Source: Paragordius varius | Taxonomy: Eukaryota; Animalia; Nematomorpha | Reading direction: 5' to 3' | DNA: 64,000 nt | Assembly (NCBI GenBank): GCA_964247055.1 | Contig: OZ176058.1 | Coordinates: forward strand, 310,001 to 374,000 | Part shown: piece by piece, positions 26,301-36,753 of the stretch | Position numbering within the stretch: position 1 is the stretch's first letter | How the letters are laid out: every line of letters begins with the position of its first letter | Notes under the pieces: generated by a model | Databases searched by the model: none | What the model saw: only the letters and a program-made list of their open reading frames with translations | Told to the model about the DNA's origin: nothing | Position numbers and translations under genes: made by a program

Positions 26301-29300
26301 AAAATAAATAATTATCTTTAAAAATTTGTTTTTTTGATCAATGAATATTTTAAAACTAAAATTTTATTTCCAAAAATAAATAATTATCTCTAAAAATTTG
26401 TTTTTTTGATCAATGAATATTTTAAAACTAAAATTTTATTTCTAAAAATAAATAATTATCTTTAAAAATTTGTTTTTTTGATCAATGAATATTTTCAAAC
26501 TAAAATTTTATTTCTAAAAATAAATAATTATCTTTAAAAATTTGTTTTTTTGATCAATGAATATTTTAAAACTAAAATTTTATTTCCAAAAATAAATAAT
26601 TATCTCTAAAAATTTGTTTTTTTGATCAATGAATATTTTAAAACTAAAATTTTATTTCTAAAAATAAATAATTATCTTTAAAAATTTGTTTTTTTGATCA
26701 ATGAATATTTTAAAACTAAAATTTTATTTCCAAAAATAAATAATTATCTTTAAAAATTTGTTTTTTTGATCAATGAATATTTTAAAACTAAAATTTTATT
26801 TCTAAAAATAAATAATTATCTCTAAAAATTTGTTTTTTTGATCAATGAATATTTTAAAACTAAAATTTTATTTTCAAAAATAAATAATTATCTTTAAAAA
26901 TTTGTTTTTTTGATCAATGAATATTTTAAAACTAATATTTTATTTCTAAAAATAAAAATAATTATCTTTAAAAATTTGTTTTTTTGATCAATGAATATTT
27001 TAAAACTAAAATTTTATTTTCAAAAATAAATAATTATCTTTAAAAATTTGTTTTTTTGATCAATGAATATTTTAAAACTAAAATTTTATTTTCAAAAATA
27101 AATAATTATCTTTAAAAATTTGTTTTTTTGATCAATGAATATTTTAAAACTAAAATTTTATTTCTAAAAATAAATAATTATCTTCAAAAATTTGTTTTTT
27201 TGATCAATGAATATTTTCAAACTAAAATTTTATTTCTAAAAATAAATAATTATCTTTAAAAATTTGTTTTTTTGATCAATGAATATTTTCAAACTAAAAT
27301 TTTATTTCTAAAAATAAATAATTATCTTTAAAAATTTGTTTTTTTGATCAATGAATATTTTCAAACTAAAATTTTATTTCTAAAAATAAATAATTATCTT
27401 TAAAAATTTGTTTTTTTGATCAATGAATATTTTCAAACTAAAATTTTATTTCTAAAAATAAAAAATTATCTCTAAAAATTTGTTTTTTTGATCAATGAAT
27501 ATTTAAAACTAAAATTTTATTTCTAAAAATAAGAATAATTATCTTTAAAAATTTGTTTTTTTGATCAATGAATATTTTAAAACTAAAATTTTATTTCTAA
27601 AAATAAATAATTATCTTTAAAAATTTGTTTTTTTGATCAATGAATATTTTAAAACTAAAATTTTATTTCTAAAAATAAATAATTATCTCTAAAAATTTGT
27701 TTTTTTGATCAATGAATATTTTAAAACTAAAATTTTATTTCTAAAAATAAATAATTATCTCTAAAAATTTGTTTTTTTGATCAATGAATATTTTAAAACT
27801 AAAATTTTATTTCTAAAAATAAAATAATTATCTCTAAAAATTTGTTTTTTTGATCAATGAATATTTTAAAACTAAAATTTTATTTCTAAAAATAAAATAA
27901 TTATCTCTAAAAATTTGTTTTTTTGATCAATGAATATTTTAAAACTAAAATTTTATTTCTAAAAATAAATAATTATCTCTAAAAATTTGTTTTTTTGATC
28001 AATGAATATTTTAAAACTAAAATTTTATTTCTAAAAATAAAATAATTATCTCTAAAAATTTGTTTTTTTGATCAATGAATATTTTAAAACTAAAATTTTA
28101 TTTCTAAAAATAAAATAATTATCTCTAAAAATTTGTTTTTTTGATCAATGAATATTTTAAAACTAAAATTTTATTTCTAAAAATAAATAATTATCTCTAA
28201 AAATTTGTTTTTTTGATCAATGAATATTTTAAAACTAAAATTTTATTTCTAAAAATAAAATAATTATCTCTAAAAATTTGTTTTTTTGATCAATGAATAT
28301 TTTAAAACTAAAATTTTATTTCTAAAAATAAAATAATTATCTCTAAAAATTTGTTTTTTTGATCAATGAATATTTTAAAACTAAAATTTTATTTCAAATT
28401 ATAAATAATTCTAAAAATTAAAATTTGTTTTTTTGATCAATGAATATTTTAAAACTAAAATTTTATTTCTAAAAATAAATAATTATCTTCAAAAATTTGT
28501 TTTTTTGATCAATGAATATTTTAAAACTAAAATTTTATTTCAAATTATAAATAATTCTAAAAATTAAAATTTGTTTTTTTGATCAATGAATATTTTAAAA
28601 CTAAAATTTTATTTCTAAAAATAAATAATTATCTTCAAAAATTTGTTTTTTTGATCAATGAATATTTTCAAACTAAAATTTTATTTCTAAAAATAAATAA
28701 TTATCTTTAAAAATTTGTTTTTTTGATCAATGAATATTTTCAAACTAAAATTTTATTTCTAAAAATAAATAATTATCTTTAAAAATTTGTTTTTTTGATC
28801 AATGAATATTTTCAAACTAAAATTTTATTTCTAAAAATAAATAATTATCTTTAAAATTTGTTTTTTTGATCAATGAATATTTTCAAACTAAAATTTTATT
28901 TCTAAAAATAAATAATTAGTTCCAAAAATTTGTTTTTTTGATCAATGAATATTTTCAAACTAAAATTTTATTTCTAAAAAATAAATAATTATCTTTAAAA
29001 TTTGTTTTTTTGTTCAATGAATATTTTAAAACTAAAATTTTATTTCTAAAAATAAAAATAATTATCTTTAAAATTTGTTTTTTTGATCAATGAATATTTT
29101 AAAACTATATTTTATTTTTTCAAACTATTTTATGTTTAAAATTTATTTTTTAATTACTAAGCATTTAATAAACCAAAATTCATTTTCAAATTATAAATAC
29201 TTTCTAAAAATTTTTGTTTTTTAATCACTGTCTATTTTAAAACTAAAATTTTATTTAATCAACTATTTATTTAAAGTCGCAATTAAACTCAAAAATAATT

Positions 29301-31304
29301 TTTTATATCAGCTGTTTCCGATCCAGCCGTGTCCCAAAAAGTGCGTCAGGTGATGTGCAAAGAAGGCGTTCGCCTTATTCGTTCCATATGTGCTGAATAT
29401 GTTAAAGAACTCAAAAATCAATATAGTAGGAATGTCCTACTGCCCACTAAAATTATTGGAAAATCAGCTGTTGCCACTAAAACAGGTGATGTGGTGAATG
29501 AAACAAAATCACATGTTGATGGTAATGGTAAATTATTTCCACACGAATTGTTTGCAGACGACGCTGACAGACGACAAAATGGCAGCGCCCAGAGTGGCGG
29601 TGGTGGGAAAAAGCTGTCTGAAAAATTGGGTATATAAAGAAGTTTTAAAAAGGGTACCCTAAAATGATTTTTTATATAATTGGTAAATTTTTTATAGGAT
29701 TAAAATAATTAAGATTTCGTTAATAAATAAAATATAATATTTAGAATATTAATTAATCCATATTTTTTACAATTTCAATGAATATTTTTTTTACCCTTGA
29801 TTTTTAAATATTTTTTAAATTTTTTATTAACTTAGTTGCAACAATTTTTTCCAAAATTTAAACCGTTTAATTAATTATTAACCCTTTTTAGATTTTTTTT
29901 CTTTATTAAAGGTAAAAAATTATATTAAATTTCTTAACTTTTAAATTTATAATAATTTTAATTAATTATTTTTTAATTATAATTAATAATAATAATATAA
30001 AAATTATTTTAAATTTTTAATTAAAAAAAATAAATTTACAAATTTTTTAGGCACAGAATTAAACATTGCCATATGTAAGACCAAAAAATTAACTCAAACC
30101 GAAACATTTAACACATCAGCTGAGGAGATATACGCCATTTTAACCGATCCTGAAAGAGTAATTTAATCACCTGTTTAATATTTTAAAACTTGGCATTTCA
30201 AATAATATTGAAATATAGGCTAATTTTATGTAACCCTAGATATATATTAAAAATATTCTATTTAATTATATCTTTATTATTTTATTTTTCTATTTAGTTT
30301 ATATAAATTGTTTTATTTTTAGTTTTTTTATTTAACACTTTTTATTGATTTAAATATATTGTAATTTATTTAAAAATAAATTATTTCCATAATTTTAGAT
30401 TTAATATTTGAAACATTCTTACTTAATTTTGATTTCTTTAACCAATCACAGATCAGGGCTTATATGCACGTGCCTCCTGTCACGTGGGACTTCAGACCAG
30501 GTGGCAAATTTGCATTACTAGAGAATGGAATCATACAAGGTTTTTGTAACAATTAAATTATTAAATTTATTTTTAAGAATTTATTTTTGATATTTTATAT
30601 TTATTTATTTATTTATATAAGGTTATTTTTATGGTTTTTTATAGTGAATTATTTAATTTAAATATACCATTAACAATTCTAAATCACTCTCGAACAATCC
30701 AAATTCACCCTAAAAATAAATTTTGTATTTTCGGGCAGGTAATATAACTTATTATCAATAAAAAATATATTTTAATGGCAAAGTTTATTAATTTTTCAGT
30801 ATTTTTTTAATTACAAACAAAATTTTTTTATAAAAAACATAAAAATATATGTAATTATTAATTTTAAAAAACAAATAATTTATTTTAAAGTGAATTTCAA
30901 GTGAATTGTTCAAGGGAATTTGATTTTTTAATTTAAATTATTTTTAATAATTTTTTTTAAATTTTTATTTTTATACAATATTAATATTATAAAAAATTAT
31001 TTTAGGAACCTTTACAGACATACAATCACCATCAGCTGATACTCACGGCGTCACAAAAACATCTGATGGCAATCATAAATACGCCTCCATAGGCCAGTCA
31101 TGGCGTCTCGCCTTTTGGCGCCCAGAAACACATGTTAGTCACGTGCGCATTGATATTTTAACACCATCAGCTGATGACAAATCATCTGGCGGCGTTACAG
31201 TTAAATTGGTTCAAACGGACATTCCTGAGGCCTATTATGAAAGTACGTCAGCTGGTTGGATACGATATTACTGGAAACCGATTAGAGATACGTTTGGAAT
31301 TTAG
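20374..31304 (+). CDS. AHSA1: Activator of Hsp90 ATPase 1 (Aha1); exons 20374-20536, 21546-21878, 29312-29629, 30051-30157, 30452-30539, 31006-31304
   Basis: Hallmark N-terminus MAKWGxGDPRWIVEERxDAxNVNNWHWTEKDA, the NNRKGKLIFFYEW motif, and a C-terminal AHSA1/START-like domain ending GWIRYYWKPIRDTFGI*. All five introns are GT-AG with matching phases. Confidence 0.97.
22370..29130. repeat. About 72-bp satellite, roughly 90-95 copies, filling AHA1 intron 2
   Basis: Unit TTTTTTTGATCAATGAATATTTTAAAACTAAAATTTTATTTC(C/T)AAAAATAAAT(A/T)(A/T)TTATCT..AAAAATTTG; period measured from 22441 to 22513. Confidence 0.97.
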
Positions 31305-31410
31305 CATTCATTCACTCATTCGAACAGATGAGACAGAACATGTGTTAATCATGTGTTTGAAATCATATGATTCTGAATTTTGAAATATATACTTTCATTG
31401 AAAACATGTG

Positions 31411-31416
31411 ATTTTG

Positions 31417-31465
<49 letters not shown>
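31411..31465. repeat. (TA)n microsatellite (shorter ones at about 4107-4150, 32398-32420, 49570-49590, 50612-50641)
   Basis: Uninterrupted TA run. Confidence 0.9.
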
Positions 31466-31466
<1 letters not shown>

Positions 31467-31534
31467 GTTTATTGAAAACATTTAACAGACAAGATTTTGA
31501 TGATATATATTCAAACTGATTAGTGATATTTGAA

Positions 31535-32110
31535 TTTACGTTTGGGATTTAGCATTCATTCACTCATTTGAACAGATGAGAGAAAACATGTGTTGATCAT
31601 ATGTTTTAAAACATGTGACTCTCAAACGACTTTTATTGAAAACATGTGACTCTAAATTTTGAAATATATATACTATTATTGAAAAGAATTAAAATTTTGA
31701 TATATATATATCATTAACTGATTTGCGATATTTGAATTTACGTTTGGGATTTAACATTCATTCACTCATTCAAACAGATTAGAGAAAATGTGATTAAACA
31801 TATGTTTGAAAACATGTGACTTTGAAATGACTTTTTGAAAATTTTTTTGAAAAACTTTTATTATTTTTATTGAAAACATTTAAAAGACTATATTTTGATG
31901 ATATATATTTAAATTGGTTTGCGATATTTGAATTTATATGCCAAATTATAAATTTGTGAGAAATATATTTTCAATATATTTAATCTTTAAGAAAATTCAT
32001 ATTGTTTGTTGACATTTTTATTATAAAATAATCATTTGTAAAAAATCATTTTTTTCATAAATTTTTGGAATTTCATTCACTCATTCAAACACATGGCTGG
32101 AATCATATGA
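31535..32110 (+). repeat. Three downstream copies of the AHA1 last codons + stop + 3'UTR start
   Basis: (A)CGTTTGG(G/A)ATTTA(G/A)CATTCATTCACTCATT.(G/A)AACAGAT at about 31538, 31740 and (degenerate) 32064, versus the original at 31290-31330. Confidence 0.9.
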
Positions 32111-33664
32111 TTAACAATTTTATGGAAAATTATTGTAAAATAATCATGAATTAATTCTTACATACAATTTTCTAATTTTTTGTTTAATATCTTTATTGAT
32201 TTTTTTCGAAAATTTTTTAAATTTTTTTAATTTATTATGTGATCCTTAAATTTTTTGAGTTATTATTTAATGTTTAAAATATATTTTTAAGTTACAAATA
32301 TATGTAAAATTACTTTAGAGTTTTATTTTATAGTTAATCACATTTTTCATATGATTTTGAAAATTCCATTTTTTGCCAATTACGCCTTTATATTGTCATA
32401 TATATATATATATATATATATGAATATTAACAAAATACATGTGATTTAAATGTATATAATTGTATATATCTTTATTGGCATAATATAGATATATATATAT
32501 ACAATTAAAATTAAAATTATACGGACAAAACGTGAAAATATAAAGAAATATTTTTTTTTTAAAAAAAACAATAACCATACTTTTTAAAAAAATTTTTTTA
32601 AAAATAACTCATTGTTTTAAACTACAAAGTATATAATATAGAAATCTAAATTGGTAATCAATTATATATTTTCCTATGTAATAATTAAATAATTTATATA
32701 GAAAGATGATTTAATGTTAAAAAAAGTATAAGATTGACTTTGATAAAAAAAATTGTCCTTATAATATTTTACATTTTGTCCATAGTATAATTTCAATTTT
32801 TACTGTATTTATATTTTATATATATATATATACATAATTTTATTTTTCAAAAATTTTGCATTTTCATTTATTTTCAAATTTAATAATTTGTTTTATTATA
32901 TGTATGTTTATTTTTTGATTTTTTTAAATACATATTCTATTAATTTTATTTTCTAAGTCACACATCATTTATAAATATATACTCATATTCATAAATATAA
33001 ATATATATATATATAAATTTTATCATTTAATTTTTATAAAATTTTAAGAACCTTTTTTAAAAGGGGGGAGGGTTGTGTTTTTCAATTGGTTAATATAGGA
33101 TTTCCAAAACTATGTGCGATTAATAAAAAACTACTATATTGAAAAAAAAAATTTATTTTTCAAACAAAAAATTGTAAAATTATTGTTTTTAAAGAAAAAA
33201 AACAAATTATCGCTTTCTAAAGAAAGATATATTATAAAATCTTTTGTTTCAGAAAGACTTTTAAATCAGAAGATGTTTAGGAATTTACTTAAAAAACGTT
33301 TAGATTAATTTTTTTTATCAATCTCATAAAACCGAAATAATCTTGAATAATTAAATATTTCAACCAAATTTTTAGTTGTAATTTCAAAGAAAAGAAATTA
33401 AAGTATAGTTTTTTAAATTCAAAAAAAGGAGTTTTTAATTTTCTTTTACTTGAGTTTTATTTAATTGTTAATTGTTTTTTTTGCAAAAATCAATTAAATG
33501 TTTAAAATATTTATTGAAAAAAAAATATTTTCAGATTTGGTATTTATATTTGCCGGGGTCGGTCGTTAAGAAACTTGTAATAATTAAAAAAGAAATTATA
33601 AAAGTTTAAAAAGTCCTGAGTTAATATAATAATATACAATTATGTTACACTATAAATATATAGA

Positions 33665-34411
33665 CCATTTACAGTTCAAATTCACCCTTGAACAATTCAC
33701 CTTAAAAACTACCTATATTTTTTTATATTTTTAAAAAATGAAATTTTGTTTAAGATTAATATAATACTGAAAAACTAATAAACTATGTCGTAAAAATATA
33801 TTTTATATTAATGATGAGTTATATTAGCTCCCCGAAAAGACATAATTTAGTTTTCGAGGATTAATTTGAATTGTTCAAGGGTGAATTAGAATTGTTTGAG
33901 GGTGAATTCGAATTGTTTAAGGGTGAATTTGAATTGTTTAAAGGTGAATTCGAATTGTTTAAGGGTGAATTTGAATTGTTTAAAGGTGAATATGAATTGT
34001 TTAAAGGTGAATTTGAATTGTTTAAGGGTGAATTTAAATTGTTCAAGGGTGAATTAAAATTGTTTAAGGGTGAATTTGAATTTAGTTTTAGGGTGAATTT
34101 GAATTGTTTAAAGGTGAATTTGAATTGTTTAAGGGTGAATTTAAATTGTTCAAGGGTGAATTAAAATTGTTTAAGGGTGAATTTGAATTTAGTTTTAGGG
34201 TGAATTTGAATTGTTTAAGGGTGAATTTGAATTTAGTTTTAGGGTGAATTTGAATTGTTTAAAGGTGAATTTGAATTGTTTAAAGGTGAATTTGAATTGT
34301 TTAGGGGTGATTTGAATTATTTAAAGGTGAATTTGAATTGTTTAAGGGTGAATTTGAATTGTTTAAAGGTGAATTTGAATTGTTTAAGGGGTGAATTTGA
34401 ATTGTAAATGG
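33665..34411. mobile_element. MITE-like family A copy with an expanded internal 21-bp repeat
   Basis: Inverted termini CCATTTACAGTTCAAATTCACCC...GGGTGAATTTGAATTGTAAATGG with TA at the right end. (GTTTAAGGGTGAATTTGAATT)n occupies 33860-34410. Confidence 0.75.
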
Positions 34412-34670
34412 TATATTAATAATTGCTTATTTAACATATTATAGTTGGGGGCAATTTTCAACAATTAACAACACAGTAGTGTATGGGAAAAAGAAAAGAG
34501 AGGATCTATAATAGTTTATTCGGCCTTTTTGTTTTTTTCCATACTCTACTGTTTTGTGTTTTGTAAATTTAAATGCATAATACAAAATATTATTTTTTTA
34601 TTAAATTATTTTCCATTTATAGTTATAATTTTATTTTTATTGTAAAAATTTGAGTTTTCTAATCAAATAA

Positions 34671-34850
34671 TTAATGGTTGCTTATTTCACACTATATTTG
34701 GGGGCAATTTTCAACACAGTAATGTATGGAAAAAAAGAAAAGAAAGGATCTACAATAGTTTATTCAGCCTTTTTGTTCTTTTTTTCCATACACTACTGTG
34801 TTGAAAATTGCCCTGAACTTTAGTAAGTGTGTTAAATAAGCAACCATTAA
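34671..34850. mobile_element. About 180-bp foldback (long inverted repeat) element; truncated second copy at 34420-34560
   Basis: The left arm TAATGGTTGCTTATTT...GGGCAATTTTCAACACAGTAATGTATGGAAAAAAAGAA is the reverse complement of the right arm ending AAATAAGCAACCATTA. TTAA is present at both ends. Confidence 0.75.
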
Positions 34851-36149
34851 AAAGCATACTGTATTATATTTAAAAAATCTGAAAAACATATAAATGCAAT
34901 CTATAAAAAATCACATTTTTTTATAATAAGATTACATTAAAAAATATTAAAATAGAAATGCTTGTTGTGTTTTAGTTTTTATAATTTATATTTGAAATTT
35001 TTATTTTACAATCAAAAAATTTATTTTTTGTACTGTGAATACCCATTCTTTCTCAATTTATTTTATAAAGATAAAAAGTAAAAAAAAAGAAAAAATATTT
35101 TGAAAATAGGATAAGCCATATATTTAACAAGTGGTTGTTAGTAATAATTGAAATTATACTATGGTGGGACAAAATGTAAAAATATAAGGACAATTTTTTT
35201 TACAAAAGACAACCATACTTTTTATTTTTTTAAATAAATTCATTTTAAATTGTAAATATTTAATAAAGATGTATGTTGGTAACACAATCAATGATATATT
35301 TTACAATCGTAATTAAAAAGTATTTATAGAGGAAAAATTATGGTTCAAAAAGTATGGAGTTGGTTGTCTTTTAAATAAAAATATTTGTCTTTATATTTTT
35401 ACGCTTTGTACATAGTATAATTTTAATTTTTACAGAAATTTATTTTTTAAATAATCCAGATTAGAAAAGTATGGCAATTGTCTTTTGAATAAAATATCTG
35501 TCTTTATATTTTTACGTTTTGTCCTTTAATAGTATAATTTTAATTTTTCTGTAATTTAAATTTTTCAAATAATCAAGATTATAAAAGTAGGTTGACTTAT
35601 GAAAAAAATATTTGTCTTTATATTTTTACGTTTTGTCCCTCCGTATAATTTCAAGAATTTTTCGTATATATATTTCAATTAGTCAAGATTTTAAAAGTAT
35701 GGTTGGTTGTATTTTGATAAATAAATTTGTCTTTATATTTTTACGTTTTGTCCTTCCATAGTATAATTTCAATTTTTACTGTAATTTATATTACAATTAA
35801 TCAAGATTTCTTTAGAAATAATATTTGTCTTTATATTTTTACGTTTTGTCCGTATAATTTCGATTTTTACTAATTTTTATTTTTAAATGTAAAAATTTGT
35901 GAATAAAAAAACCGGTTAGGCTTGGCCAGCCACAGTATTAAGTATTTTTCTTTTCAAAACAACATGAAAGTTTTTTTTTGTTTAAAATTATTATTCTAAA
36001 TTTAATTATACACTATACTTTAAGGTTAATTTTTATGTTATATAAACGTAAATTAAAATTGAATAAAATTTAAAGTATAAAAATACATGAAATTGTCAGA
36101 CGCCATCTTTTTATTAAGAGATATGGTTATAATTTATTTAAATAATATA

Positions 36150-36616
36150 CCATTTACAATTCAAATTCACTCTTGAACAATTCAAATTCACACAATCTAA
36201 ATTCATCCTTCAATTTAAATATACCCTTAAAAATTCAAATTCACCCTTAAACAATTTAAATTTACCCTTAATCAATTCGAATTTAGAAAACCTTGAACAA
36301 TTCAAATTCATCCTAAATAATTAACCCTTGAACGGTTCAAATTCACCCTTAAACAATTTAAATTTACCCCTGAACAATTCAAAATCACTCTTAAACAATT
36401 CAAATTCACCCCCTTGAAAAATAAATTATGTGTGTTTACGGGCAGCTAATATAACTCATCATTAATAAGAAATATATTTTTACCAAATAGTTTATTATTT
36501 ATATATAAACTTTAAACAGAATTCATATATATTAAAAATATTATAGAATAAAGGTAATTTTTATTTTTTTAAAAAACACCTAATTTATTTTTAGAAGGAA
36601 TTTGAACTGTAAATGG
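36150..36616. mobile_element. MITE-like family A copy
   Basis: TA-CCATTTACAATTCAAATTCAC ... GAATTTGAACTGTAAATGG-TA, with subterminal 21-bp repeats in the opposite orientation to the 33.7 kb copy. Confidence 0.75.
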
Positions 36617-36637
36617 TATTAAGGGTAAAATTTTATA

Positions 36638-36753
36638 CAGCAGCGTATGGGTTAAAATATATTATATCTATATAATGAGCTAAACTAATGTTTAAAACAG
36701 AGCAAAATTATTTTTAATTTCAACCATTTGTCGTTTGTTACCATACGCTACTG
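36638..36753. mobile_element. Small TA-flanked MITE (family C)
   Basis: TA-CAGCAGCGTATGG ... CCATACGCTACTG-TA. The termini resemble the inner CAGTAGTGTATGG arms of the 34.7 kb foldback. Confidence 0.65.

Noticed and set aside
31174-31383. 69-aa ORF
   Set aside because: Off-frame overlap of AHA1 exon 6 and its 3'UTR.
33861-34164. Overlapping NNSNSPL and FKGEFEL repeat ORFs
   Set aside because: Products of a 21-bp minisatellite inside a MITE-like element.
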